Positions 35,683 to 50,173 of a stretch of DNA of 64,000 nucleotides are shown piece by piece (positions within the stretch are counted from its first letter, which is position 1; the number at the start of each line of letters is the position of its first letter). Location of the stretch: positions 1,116,001 to 1,180,000 of the forward strand of contig NEEC01000002.1 of assembly GCA_002189035.1 (NCBI GenBank), in the 5' to 3' direction. A program made the translations under genes and the position numbers. The stretch comes from Utricularia gibba (Eukaryota; Plantae; Magnoliophyta). The notes under the pieces are model-generated. The model searched no databases. It was given only the letters and a program-made list of their open reading frames with translations, and was not told the DNA's origin.

Positions 35683-37573
35683 GAAGAAGACGATCGAATT
35701 AATTCCAGACTACACCTTGGTGAGGATATTTATACACGCTGAGAGAGAATTTTCCAACAGGTATACTGCTCCTCTATAACCATTGGAAATGACTTCACTT
35801 CTCTTATTTTTGGAAATTAAACCTAAAATCATAATAATCATGGTAATCACATACAAAATTAAATATATTTTTATTTGATGTAGTAAAATAATTTAAAATA
35901 AAAATGATAAATTATAGTATATTTATCTCATATGTTTAAATAAATTTAAAATTGAATACCATATATTCTAAACATTCTAATTAAATATGATATATAATAT
36001 ATTTTTAATAATATTGACTAAAAATCATATGAAAAATTAATCTATTTACTTGATTTTTTTAAAAAATTTAAATAAATTTAGTTCTATTCTAATTTCATTG
36101 TGATGGAACTTCAAATCAATAAGTGACATGTGGAGGCGAGCACAAGAAATATTTATGAATCAACTAATCGGGGATAACAAAATTGATTTTTCTTGGACGA
36201 AATCGACTGGAAATAGGTTGGGACACGGCGGCCATTTTGGTAGAATCTAAAAAATAGTGGAATGATATAAATGTGGAAACATGCAATTGTTATTTGTTAT
36301 TAGGCGTAGAAAATAGAAGACACTTACAGAATTCGATCGAATCGACTTCAACTATAAATATAATGAATTTTGAAGAAAATAGGATTGTACTTTCTACATT
36401 CTACTTATATCATTATCTTATCTATGACCACAACACAACCATCAAAAACGTGCTAAAAATAATAATAATATGTTACTTATTATAAAAATATCTTCCTAAT
36501 ATTCTATATATATTGACCTATAGGGGCACTCAGATTTGCCCTTGGACGTGGCTGTGCCTCATTCGCAAAAAAGTGAAGCTTTTTTTGTATGAGCTTCGCA
36601 TTGTGGAACTAATTTGAGGAATAGTCCTAGTTGGCGTGATGTATTTTTTAAAAATCACCGTTTAATCTTAATTTTTAATAATAAAAATATTACTTTTTTT
36701 AAAAAAATAATTCATGATTTTTTTGACGATTTAAAACAAACCAAATTTTCTTGTAACGCAATGATAATTAAATATTCCGTAATTGACTTTTCCCTAATTT
36801 CAAAGAGATGGGCCCCCCGCATTTCAAACATTTCATCTGCCGTGGTACACGTTTGGGCGTTAATTTCACGATACGACAACGTTTTCTGGTTCAACTGCGG
36901 CCGAACAGAAGAAACGCCATCGCCGTTCGGTTGTCCGGACGCTGAGGGAAAATCAACTCGAAGAATCCGACAGCGGACTTCTCTCATTCTCTTCTTTACT
37001 TTGACTGATGTCATCATAATAGACGTCACGCTGCCATTTTATTATTATTATTATTTTAATGCCGAAACTGCCTGAGCGTGGGTTACGAGAATGGGCTGCA
37101 ATCTCGTAGCCCAGGCCCGTTATCTAGCCGGATATCTCATTGGGCCCAAAAATGCACAAATCCATATTTCGGTCCATTTGGAGTTGGATTATAAGGTATA
37201 TTTTATTTTTATTTTTACAAAATAAAAATTTTTTTGTTTGTCTTTATTTATTTTAAAGGCAAATATATAATAAAACCGCGTGAGAATTGTAACTTCAACG
37301 CCTATACAAATGCATCCCTTGGAATCAACTGAAAACGACACCTGAAATCCCGGTAATTCCCGCTGCCGACGGTCATCGGTGCCGTCGTGAAAGGGTATTC
37401 TAATCTGTGCATGGGAATCTTTCATTACTGCATTCAAGAATCCGGATAATAGTGAGATTTCTGTGTCTTACGTTGATTCGACTGGATTCAGATCTGAAAG
37501 AGGCTGTAGAGAGTAGAGGGATTGTGTGATCGCTGTATTGGAGAGTGGAGGTCTTGTTTGGCGGTGATTGAAA

Positions 37574-40500
37574 ATGGAGTACGTCGACAATTTGCCAAGC
37601 ATGGATCTGATGCGCTCTGAGGAGATGATGTTAGCGCAACTTATCTTTCCTGTTGAGTCGGCGCATCGCGCTGTCTCTTATCTGGGTCAACTCGGTCTCC
37701 TCCAATTCCGAGATGTACGTTTGGATCGGATCTCTCTGTTTTACTCCTGTTGTCGCTTCAACATGTTTCTTGGATCCTCTATAGGTTTTGAGTTCTAGTG
37801 TAGAGTTTCTGGGGAATGTGAGTTGAATAAAAGCCAAAAGGTAAAGCACGGTACTTGGAAAAATGTGATTTATTCTAATGATGCGTCTAGTCTTGTTTCA
37901 CTAATTAAAAATGATCACCTTGGAGTGGCTTGCACTGTTGTTTAGATTATATGTATCGGAATCAATGGTAAGGGTTCAAGATCTTATAAAATATTGTTCG
38001 GTATTTTTAGGCTGGAAAAGTGCTGTATACCGACATGGTAGAGATTTGAATGAAAATTAGACTGCCGTGTAAACATAATTTACTGCAAACTTCGTATTTG
38101 AGTTGGGAAACAAGAATTTGACTCAGTTGCATGCTGGGTTTAAAAAGTGAATAAAATCAAGTGTTGGCATGGCCAAGTGGAACATATTTTACTGGAAAGG
38201 ACCCTTTCATTTTCTGGCAGTTTTACCAAGTCTTTAAGCTGTGAGAGTTTTATCGAGATTTTCATCAGGGTAGTCTTGGTTTAATGTCTTGCAGTCGCAG
38301 AAGTGGAATCATTTGAGCCAGGTTTTTCTATTTATGATGAATCTTTTTAACTGTCTTTCATAAATGAATCTTTCTTGCAGTTAAATGAGGAAAAAAGCCC
38401 ATACCAGAGGACATTCGTCAGTCAGGTAGTCTGATATATAAGATTCTACTGTGTCCTGCAAGCCTTCCGTGCTACTATTTCATTGTTCACAGCCTCTCAT
38501 GCTGCACATTTAGTTCTTGACTAAGAGTTTCATTATTTCGTCTTTTGCAGGTAAAAAGATGCGCTGAGATGTCCAGGAAACTGCGGTTTTTCAAAGAACA
38601 GATCCACAAAGCTGGTTTATTGCCTTCTGCCTCTCCAGCTTCGCAACCTGATATTGACTTGGAAGAACTGGAGGTTTGTTTGTTTTCATTTATATTGAGG
38701 GCGTTTGCTGATTGGCTAAATTACTGGGATGTGTTTGATCCCCATACTTGCTATCATTTTTGTTGTTTCCATTTTTAGTAACTGAAGATCATCATCTGCT
38801 TTTATGTTGATTAGGTTCGACTTGGTGACCATGAACACGAGTTAATTGAGATGAATGCTAATGGTGAGAAATTGCAGCAGTCATACAATGAGCTGCTCGA
38901 GTTCAAGATGATACTGCAGAAGGTATCCTATCAGCACCTTTGCCTCTGTAAATAGAAAGCAGAATTTCAAAATTGGTAGCGATTGAAATGTCATGCGCTT
39001 GTATTGGATTCATGGTTTCGTGTGGAAAGTAATGTTTTTTGAGTTGGGATTGCATTTTTTATGGACTCAGGGTAATGATTGGGGACAAGAAATGGCATCT
39101 TCAAATAAAAAAAAATGGAAATATTTAAGGATACGTGGAAGATCTCTGTGTAATATATTTGTACTGCTTCTTGTCAGTTAGTCATGCCTTTTGGAGGATC
39201 CTGAAAATGTTATATTAACGTCATTCTTATGCACATCATCTCATATGGGTTATGCAGGCAGGTGATTTCCTTGTGCCAAATGGGAGTCATTCTCGAATAC
39301 AAGATACTGAATTAGATGAACATATGTATACAAACCATGACCACTCAGATACTGTGTCATTGCTTGAACAGGCAGTAAGTAAGACGACATTGATTGCTTG
39401 ATTAACTAGAACTTCAGAATTACTGCATCATGGGGATTTTTAATCTCAGGAGATGCAGCCTGGGCCATCACACCAATCTGGAGTAAAATTTATTAGTGGC
39501 GTAGTCTGTAAATCAAAGTCCCTCAGTTTTGAGAGGATGCTATTTCGAGCAACCAGGGGAAACATGCTTTTTAATCAGTCTCCTGCTAAAGACAAGATTT
39601 TGGATCCCTCATCAAACGAAATGGTAACAATTTCTCCCAGTTGTGATTGATAGGGTTATTTGATGTTTATGAGTATTTCTTCTCTATTACTGACTTTAAA
39701 TAAGATGTTTCCTGTTTTGTATGATTTCCATCTTTTGAGTTATATTATATTGCTTAATACTGCATCTCAGATATGTTGGCCTTCTGCAGGTTGAAAAAAC
39801 TATTTTTACGGTTTTTTTCTCGGGAGAGCAAGCACGGAAAAAGATCTTAAAAATCTGTGAAACATTTGGCGCGAACTGCTACCCAGTCCCTGAAGACACA
39901 ATAAAGAGGATGCAAGTATCAAAAGAAGTGAGACCTTCATTTGTACAGTTAGTGAAGATTCTGGCTGCATTTTGCTCAGCAATTTTACGCTTGGAGAGAT
40001 TTGATTTCACTGTTTACTTATTTCTCAATGTTTATGATTCACCTTTGACTTACTGTGAGTTGCATTCGTGCTTGTATCAAGCATTGTGGTTTTGGGTGAA
40101 ACCATAACATATTGATGCTAGGAGCTTCTGATTTTCAGGTTACATCACGCTTGTCAGAGTTAGAAACAACACTAGAGGCAGGCATACGTCATCGTGATAT
40201 GGCTCTCACTTCTATTGGTTCTCAGCTTACAAAATGGATGAATATGGTTGGTAATTCAACCGGACTTTACGTAACTAGATAATTTCAACACAATGGTGCT
40301 AGTTTTTTTGTTGAAGGCTGTTTCTTACATTTTTTCTCCAGGTAAAAAGGGAAAAGGCAATTTATGACACCCTAAATATGCTGAATTTTGATGTCACAAA
40401 GAAGTGTCTTGTTGGTGAGGGTTGGTGTCCAGTATCAGCAAAGACCTTGGTATGGATGTGACCAACCATGTAGTATGCTTCATTTTTTATGTAAATGACG

Positions 40501-42971
40501 CATGCTTATGTTTAAAACTTCACAGATTCAAGAAGCCCTACAGCGTGCTACTTTTGATAGTAGTTCACAAGTGGGTGTCATTTTTCATGTTGTGGATTCA
40601 ATTGAGTCACCTCCAACATACTTCAGGACCAATCGTTTTACCAGTCCATATCAAGAAATCGTTGATGCATATGGGTAAGACCATCTATTTGCATGTTTTT
40701 TGAAAGTCAGAAATTTCTTTTTAGTTATGTTGCTTATCTGACATTTTCCTTTTACATCTTCTGGATAAATTTGAATGTGTTCCTTTTTTCAATAATTAAA
40801 AAAATGTAGTTTTTCTTTTCTACTAATATTGATGGAGTACCGTTTCGTGCATGCAGTAGCTTGTAGTTAGCATGCTGCTGATGAGAAAATTTTATTTTGA
40901 CAGAGTTGCCAAATATCAAGAGGCAAATCCTGCTGTTTATACCATTGTTACATTTCCATTTCTTTTTGCGGTGATGTTTGGGGACTGGGGTCATGGCATA
41001 TGCTTATTGCTAGGAGCATTAGTCCTTATAGCTCGCGAAAAAAGGCTTGGTTCTCAGGTACGCTTTGCTTGTATTGAAGGATTTGTCTATGCCTCATTTT
41101 CCACATGAAATAATTTTCGTATTAGCTTTGAGTACCATGGCACTACTTCCTTATATGAGATTGCTGTCTCTATATTCCAACCCCATTTCCTGTTTAATGA
41201 ACCCCTTTTTTTTTTTAGAAACTTGGAAGCTTCATGGAGATGTTGTATGGGGTAGATATGTCCTCCTTTTGATGTCTCTCTTTTCTATCTATTGTGGATT
41301 AGTGTACAATGAATTCTTCTCTGTTCCTTTTCACATGTTTGGAAGTACTGCATACAAATGTCGGGATGCTACCTGCAGGTATATGCCAATTTCCCTTCTA
41401 TTGGTTAGGGGAAATTTCCAGTTACATTAGTTTCATTTGATCTTTTCGCTCACTTGCAATATGTGTTAAATATGCATTGATATTTTCCGGTTTCTTCCTT
41501 TTCCTCAACAGTGATGCTCGGTCAGTTGGATTAGTAAAATTTGGCAGTACTTATCCATTTGGTGTGGATCCAAGTTGGCGTGGTAGTCGTTCTGAGCTGC
41601 CTTTCTTGAACTCTCTGAAGATGAAAATGTCTATCTTGTTTGGTGTGACCCAGATGAATCTAGGAATTGTATTAAGTTATTTCAATGCAAGATTTTTTGG
41701 AAATTCACTTGATATCAAGTAGGTTTTATATTCTCCTTTTAACTTATTTTGTTATTCCTCAAGGATGGTAGCTCATTCCTTTTACCTTCGTATCAGGTAT
41801 CAATTTGTGCCGCAAATGGTCTTCCTAAACTGTCTCTTTGGATATCTTTCACTTCTCATTATTATCAAATGGTGTACGGGTTCTCAAGCAGACCTCTATC
41901 ATGTGATGATATACATGTTTTTAAGCCCCTTTGAAGATTTGGGTGCCAATAAGCTCTTTTGGGGCCAGGGCATTCTTCAGGCATGATTCGAACTTTTGTT
42001 ATTTACTAAATTTATGGAGCATGCCATTGTGTTGAGTAGTGTAAAAGTTTGGCAGGTCATTTTGTTGGCTTTGGCTGTTGTTGCCGTCCCATGGATGCTG
42101 TTCCCCAAGCCTTTTATTCTAAAGAGACTTCACAGTGAGGTATCAGTCTAATCGAGATTTCTAAGTTTTATAGCCTTGGCTGCTCCAATTGATTCTTAAA
42201 GAAGGGGTCACGGAGCGGGTGGGACAGGGACTGGACTAAGTGGGAAACATGAATCATAGGAAACATCATCTAGGATGATGTTTAATGATGAAACAATATC
42301 TGTTGCATGTTTCTGGGATGATTTAACACTTCCTACTGTTGCATATTTAAGAGGTTCCAAGGCCAGACATATGGGATTCTTGGAGTCTCAGAGATGAACC
42401 ACGACGAGGAACCCGACTCCGCCAGACGGCCACATATCGAGGATTTCAATTTCAGCGAGGTCTTTGTGCATCAAATGATCCATTCTATAGAGTTTGTGTT
42501 GGGTGCCGTTTCCAACACAGCCTCCTATCTCCGCCTCTGGGCTTTAAGGTACGCACACCATCTCCCCCATTGCCCTGCCTGCATTTCCATCATTGATTCC
42601 CATGATTGCTGCTTCATCCTCGCTTCACTGCAGCCTTGCCCATTCGGAGTTATCCACCGTTTTCTATGAAAAAGTTCTGCTTCTTGCGTGGGGGTAAGTC
42701 ACCCGATCCCACCTCTTCACGATGCATTCATCATCATCACCCATTCTCGCTGATGATCTGCCGCAGGTACGACAACCTGGTGGTCCGCCTGGTGGGCCTC
42801 GCAGTCTTCTCCTTCGCCACAGCATTCATTCTCCTGATGATGGAGACCCTCAGCGCATTCCTGCACGCTCTCCGTCTCCACTGGGTGGAGTTCCAGGGCA
42901 AGTTCTACGGTGGAGACGGCCACAAGTTCAGGCCCTTCTCCTTTTCTGTTGCAACGGAGGACGATGACTAA
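37574..42971 (+). CDS. VHA-a1: V-type proton ATPase subunit a1 (TGN/EE-type clade), one apparent frameshift
   Basis: [18 protein letters not shown]..., [78 protein letters not shown]. All exons traced; exon 41219-41378 is 1 nt short; GC-AG intron at 41981-42055. Confidence 0.95.
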
Positions 42972-43594
42972 GTGCTTGTTCCTTTTTCAGCTCATTTTTG
43001 CAGGGACGAATGGACCAGACAAGCAAGGGATATAACACGACACAGGGTAATTAGACTTGTAACTACTACTTTACATCCTCAGGATCACATATCATATGAT
43101 TTGTAACCATGGAGCCCCAAGACATGGAATAATTTATGTTTCTGAAAAATTATTTCATAAGTATTTTTAAATTTTTTTAAAAATAAAAATTTATTGTTTT
43201 TAAAATTTATGAAATCTCAGTAAAAAAAATTTATTAATTATGGTATAAAAAAATTAATAATTTAAAAGTAATTTTTTAATTTTTAATGAGTTACGGAAAT
43301 GGGGCAAGTGAGCTGTTTGGATAATAACGAATCAAATCTTCAAAGTTGGTCTCATATTTGGCTGCGGAGTTTTGACCAAGTCAAAGGGGTTGTTACTAGA
43401 ATATTTAGATTTTGTTCAATTAAATATGTCCAAAAATAATAAAAATATCAATCTGTTGATTGCAATTGTAAATTATTTGTTATTTGAGAAAACATTATTT
43501 AAAAAAAAAAAAAGCGATCCACCATCTCATCATCTTCCTAAGCTTAGAGGCTGCTGTCGCGCCCTATCCATCTGATCCACTAATTCTGCTTAGA

Positions 43595-46500
43595 ATGGCG
43601 ACTGAGGACCCAACGCGCGCATTCATGCGCGATGTCAAGCGTGTTGTCATCAAGGTTGGTTGTGTGTAGAGTAATGTGCATATGGAATTTGTTTTTATGG
43701 TTTTGGAAATGTTTGTGTTACGTGGGTTTTCTTGATTCATGACAATGGTTTGCATTGTTTCCTTGTGAGGTGTTCTCAAAAAAGTCTGTATAAAAGTTCT
43801 CTTTTTGTATTCATTTTTTTCTTGCGTCTGCCAAAATGCTGGGATGACTTCCATCCATCCCATACGTTGAAAAGCTTGCGCCTTTTTATCCCTGTCCTGG
43901 TTTTCGTGTTTCTATCGATTGTTGCAATGCCAAACCTTTTGCATTCTCGTGCCGTGTATTGTATGGATCAAGGTTGGAACCGCAGTTGTCACCCGGGCTG
44001 ATGGTAGAGTGGCTCTTGGAAGACTAGGCTCTCTGTGTGAGCAGGTTATATACTGTGCTTCTTATTATGTGGCACTCTGAATTTACTAGTCTTCTAACCT
44101 TTTGCTACTGAAATTGACTGCGGTGCAGATTTATGAATTGATTTCAGAAGGTTACGAAGTTATTTTGGTGTCATCAGGTGCTGTTGGTATTGGTCGTCAG
44201 CGTCTTAGACACGAAGTGATTCACAACAGGTTTTTGATTTCCATGTAGCATTTGGTTTTCTCTGTCACAACAGGTCGTCAGCGTCTTATTATGTAGAATT
44301 GTTTTTCTGTTTCCTTAGGCTCTTAAAGGAAAAGATAATTTTTTTAATAATCGATGACTTCTGTTTCTTACCTTCAGTTCTGTTACTTTTCATCATTTCA
44401 GCTCGCAAGACCTGCAAAAGCTTCAGGTGGAGCTTGATGGGAAAGCTTGTGCAGCTCTGGGACAAAACGGCCTTATGGCCTTGTATGACAATTTATTTAG
44501 TAAGGTGAATTTCTTTGACAACAGGCTTTTGTATTCACCATGTTACTACGTTATTGTATCTTCAGAGTATTTTCGAGGTATTGGACAGAATGAGTGTTCT
44601 GCCATTAACTTTTCGAGATATCTAATACTCTTTTGAAACAGCTGGACGTGAGATGTGCTCAACTTCTCGTCACTGATAATGATTTCAGAGACCCAGCTTT
44701 TAGGAGACAGCTAAATGTGACTGTTAACTCTTTATTATCTCCAAAAGTAGTTCCTATATTTAATGAAAATGATGCTGTGAGTACCAGGAGTGCTCCTTAT
44801 GAGGTTTGTTCATTATCTCTATTTCTATACAAAAATATGCCATGTTTAATCTATGAATCAGATCATGATTGATTATTATGATTTTTTTAGGTATCTTGAT
44901 TGTTTTAATTGGGATATTAATTATCAGCATTTTCGAAGTTTTTTTTTATTTTAGGTACATATTGAATTCCTTGGCCACCTGTTCATCCTGATTCACTTAA
45001 TCATTTCATAGGACTCTTCTGGGATATTTTGGGACAATGATAGCTTAGCAGCTCTACTGGCACTCGATCTGAACGCTGATCTTCTTGTACTGCTGAGTGA
45101 TGTAGAAGGTCTTTATAGTGGGCCACCGAGTGATCCACGTTCTGAAATGATTTATACATACTGTAAAAAGATGCATGAAAGTCTTGTAACTTTTGGAGAG
45201 AAGTCCAGAGTGGGAAGAGGAGGCATGACTGCTAAAGTGAAATCTGCTGTTTATGCTGCCGATGCTGGCATCCCAGTTGTTATAACCAGGTAAAACCTTT
45301 GACGTAAATCCCAAAGAGTTGAACCTAGCACAGTTCTGTGTTCTGCAAACATAAAAACGGGCGTTTTGATGTGAATCCCACAGAAATATTTCATAGAAAA
45401 TTGTTTCCTTGTACTTGTGTGTACCACAGAAATAAAAGAAGTTTTTATTTAACCAAAATTTCTGTCTTTTTTTCTTTGTCTTTTCTCCGGTAGTTGGTTT
45501 TGACTCATTTTCTTTCCTGGTAAACAAACTCTTCTGCGAGAAGTGGTTATGCGGCTGATAATATTTTAGAAGTCCTGAAGGGGAAGCGTATTGGCACATT
45601 GTTTCATCGAGATGCAAATGAATGGGTGCTGCCTGGAGAAGTCAGTGCACGCGAAATGGCAAAAGCAGCAAGAGAAAGTTCAAGACTACTCCAGGTAATT
45701 GCTGAAATTTTTTTATGATATTAGCTGCTAAGGTGAGAAATATATATATATTTTTCAGGCTTTGTCTTCCAAAGAGAGGAGCGGGATTTTGCTTGATGTA
45801 GCTAATGCACTAGAAGCCAATGAGAAATTAATTCTGGAAGAAAATGAAGCCGATGTTACTGATGCAAAACAGGCTGGGTATGAGAAGTCTTTGGTATCTA
45901 GACTTTCCTTGAATCCTGGTAAGGTAAGACAGATAGCATGAGGGAACTCCCAGAACTTTAACTGCATTATGGTTCGCTGACAAGACCTTTCTCTGACCCT
46001 TTCTTTCAGATTTCAAGCCTTGCTAATGCAGTCCGTTTGCTTGCGAATATGGAAGAGCCTGTTGGCCAAGTTCTGAAGAGAACAGAGGTAATCAACAATA
46101 TATGAAGATTTATAGATGCGTTATTTCTTGCATGGTAATCTAAATTACTAATTAGCTGATTATAGGGTAAATAGATTTTCAAACTAATGCAATTTGAACT
46201 TGTTATCAGGAATGATCTGAATTCCTGATTTTTTTTTCTTTTTTGTAGGTCTCAGAAAGTTTTGTATTAGATAAAACAGCATCTCCCTTGGGTGTTGTCT
46301 TGATCATTTTTGAGTCACGGCCTGATGCTCTTGTCCAGGTAATGAAGGAGGACACGTTTTATGCATGCATACCCATTTGTTAATGAAACTAGGGAACTAG
46401 GTGTGCTTGTTTGTACGCCATGAACTTGTATATATACTGGAAGTCCAATTGTTTTATCCCTTCTGTGATTCTTTGGTGTATCCTTAAAGAACTATTATTA

Positions 46501-48632
46501 TAATTGCATTGCGCACCTGTTGACAGATAGCATCATTAGCATTACGAAGTGGTAATGGTTTGCTTTTAAAAGGGGGAAAAGAAGCCAGACGATCAAATGC
46601 AATCCTGCATAAGGTTAACTTGACTAAGTTGTCCTTGAGTTTTCTTCGCATGTTAAAAATTTTGCTACTAGATTTGGTGCCTGGTATATCTCTTTTTTTA
46701 AAAAAAAAAAAAATCATGTTTCCTATATATTAGGTAATTACTTCGGCTATCCCAGACACCATTGGGAAGGGGCTGATTGGTCTGGTGACTTCAAGGGAAG
46801 AGATTCCTGAATTGCTCAAGGTGACTCCATATGATTCCTTTTTTTTTTATCAAATGTCTGTAGCTTAAGAATACACAACCTGGTTCCTGGTGTTTGAACT
46901 GATGGTGATTGTTCTGGTGAAGTTGGAAGATGTCATCGACCTTGTCATACCGAGAGGCAGTAACAAATTAGTCTCTCAAATCAAATCATCAACCAAGATT
47001 CCGGTCCTAGGCCATTCTGGTAGCCTTGATGTGTAACCCTCATTCATAATTTTTTTTATCAATTGGTAACTAAGTATTTAAGGCTGCATAACTTTTTTTC
47101 ACAGATGGTATCTGTCATGTTTATGTTGATAAATCGGCTAATATGGATATGGCAAAACAGATTGTGGTTGATTCGAAAATAGATTACCCTGCTGCATGCA
47201 ATGCTATGGTATTTTTTTTTCTATACCATCACCTGCATCTGTTACTATATGGGAATGATGATTGTGATATATGTTATCTTCCTTCCTAATGTTGGCCGCT
47301 GTTATATTAATAGTTTATATCTTAGACACTGACCGAATTCTCTGTTTCAAGGAAACACTACTTGTTCATGAAGACTTGGTTCAAGATGGCCGCATCAATG
47401 AACTTGTCCTGGAACTTCAAAATAAAGGTAAGTTTCCATGTAACCATTCTTCCTTATTTTCTGGTTTTTCCATTGAAGTTGTGAACTCCAATACATGTGG
47501 CACATTGTTGCATCAAGCGATGTTTAAAATTTGATGTCATGAAGGTTAAAAACTTAAAATCACAGTCAATCATCCTGAGAAGTTGCCTTTGGCCAATTAC
47601 TAGTGGCAAAATGCATTACAAATACAAGATTTGAAAAAAGAATATCTCCAATCCATTGCATGTTGATTCTTTCTATGCTCCTGCATTGAGGATAAATCAT
47701 GTTACAATGAAGATATGGATAAGTTGACACTTCATTGTTTATGAAATGAAAATGTAGGTGTCGAATTATTCGGTGGGCCTCGAGCAAGTTCTTTGCTGAG
47801 TATTCCTATGGCACCTTCCCTCCACCATGAATACAGTTCTCTTGCTTGCACTATTGAAATCGTGCATGATGTAGAGGCTGCAATTGATCACATACACGAG
47901 CATGGAAGGTACGCCTTCCATTTGTTCTGCAGTTCTTGTGTCATTATGCGTGCACACGGATTGTGGCTTCATCTGTTCTCTGATGTAGCATTGATCCTTT
48001 CATTCATCAGAGTTTTCTCTTGATTGCAGTTCTCACACAGACTGCATTGTGACAGAAGACCAAAATGTCGCCGAAGTGTTCTTGCAGCGCGTCGACAGGT
48101 GCTTCGAAGTTACATCTTACTCTGATCCCTTTGCATGCTCTTAAACCTGCTACCTCGAAATCTCATTGTGGAATTGGATATTCCAGTGCTGCTGTGTTTC
48201 ACAATGCAAGTACAAGGTTCAGTGACGGCTATCGATTCGGGTTAGGTGCAGAGGTAAGCTCTGGAACTTGGTGTCCACTAGGAATCATTCCACAGCTGTT
48301 ACAGCACGGTTCTGCCGATACTGAACAGGTTGGAATTAGCACAAGTCGGATCCATGCTCGTGGTCCTGTGGGGGTTGAAGGATTGCTTACTACACGATGG
48401 TATGTCCCCGGAACATCCTCTTTCGGCCATCCTGCGGTTGATTTTCGATGACTCGCATCATGGTTCATCAACCCTCATTCACCTGTTTCCCCTCCGAAAT
48501 CAACCTGCTTTCTTTTGGCATAAATGTCTCAGGCTCGGCAGAGGAAACGGGCACGTCGTAAACGGAGACAAAAACATCCTGTACACCCACAAGGACCTCA
48601 CTCGGCAGCTCCTACAGGAAGAGTCCAAGTAA
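43595..48632 (+). CDS. P5CS: Delta-1-pyrroline-5-carboxylate synthase (bifunctional GK/GPR)
   Basis: Twenty exons traced in frame: [110 protein letters not shown]. Confidence 0.97.
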
Positions 48633-49074
48633 GAGGCCACCCCTCTTTGTTGTGTCCATATGCTACTGCGAGTTTTGGTGCTGAGTAGCGGTTTTCTGTT
48701 CGTTTGGACGAAAAGAGAGTTAGCTTTAGGTGCTGAGTTTAGCATTACCTTTCATTACTTCAGGACTCCATGAATATCAATCTGCTTTAAGTAAAACATA
48801 GGTTACCATCAACATTTCAAATTAGTGGCTTTAGTCTCATCATAAATACTCAAATCATTTCAGCAGAGTTACATGATGGAGATTAGAAGTAAATAGTGGC
48901 AGAGGACAAAATTTCAAAGCTTCTCATTGAGAACACTATGAAGGTTTAGCTACTACCTCAAATTTAGGAACCAAACAAACTGATAAAATCACTGTCATGC
49001 TGTAACCCATGGAACATTTCATAATTCATGAAAATGACGAACCTTGACTAGAATCAAGGTCATGGAGTTTGCCA

Positions 49075-50173
49075 CTAAGCCTGAACAAACTCCTGAAGAT
49101 TCTTCAGCCATGTTAAAAATTCTCTGCCATCCTTGTCTACCATGTATCCATGCAAGAAGTTTGTGGTGCTGGGCCTGATCCCTCTGATCTCCAGATACTT
49201 GTGAAATGCCTTCTGCAAGTTCTCATCAAGGTCCCTAGGAAAGAAAGAGTAGGAGCCATTTCATCCCATCTGAGTGAACATTGACAGAATCACAATATTA
49301 TGCAAAGCTTACCCGAAATCAGGTCCCTCATATGCAATTTGATCTTCGGAGTTTTCAGGATCCCTAATAGATAGGCTGTCGATTGCAACCTCATCAGGAT
49401 AGGCAGTACACCCAAATTCTAAAACAGGTCTCTTCCCCTTGGCAACCCTGACCACCAAGGGTAAGCTAGATGAGTTTGGACTTTCTGTTTCATCATCTTC
49501 ATCTTCATCCTCGCGCCTGTCATCCTCTTCACCAGTAACCAGGGCAGGCATGTGAACCTCAACAGTTATGTCTTCACCTTGATACTCTCTGTGCAGTGTT
49601 ATTATTCGTTGCCCTGGTTGATCTTCAATTTTGAATGGAAACTCTGGTGGCGTATCCTCAGCCTACAGCAAATCCAAAAAACGTTTACGGCATTACGGAC
49701 GCTTCAAAAACAAACATACAAACAGCAATGCGAAGCATACGTTCTAAGAAATAACCACGCTACTCCAAAAATCAGTCGCAGCAATCGATCCAAATCATAA
49801 GAGACGAATTCACTAGCAAAATTCCATCGATTCATCCAAACGTAGTAAATGCCGAATGCTTTATAGATATCAACTCTATGGAAACACATAAATCAATGAA
49901 AAATACCTGTTCTTCCTGGGACTCAACCGCACACTGGATCTCGGACTCGATCACTTTTAAAAGCGCTTCATCCGATTTCCCCTTGGTTGAGTAGCTGAAC
50001 AGTGATCCTGGAAATTGCCTCCGCAACAGTACTCCCGACGATCTTCCAACAGCGGGAAGTATCGATGAGAAGACATGAGTGTAGTGAAGGCCCCTTTCAC
50101 TTCCAGCGACAGTCCGGACGGCCAACGGTACAACTCTAGCAGCTGCTTTGCGAAGAACGCTACTCAAAGCCAT
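49075..50173 (-). CDS. Mitochondrial acidic glycoprotein, MAM33/p32 family, 258 aa
   Basis: Exons 50173-49907, 49662-49313, 49234-49075 (777 nt). Basic presequence, acidic loop, and C-terminal YEGPDFGDLDENLQKAFHKYLEIRGI...WLKNLQEFV. Confidence 0.92.

Noticed and set aside
36614-37075. 153 aa (+) and 105 aa (-) ORFs between LBD and VHA-a1
   Set aside because: They lie in the shared promoter region, are partly AT-rich low complexity, and have no recognisable motif.
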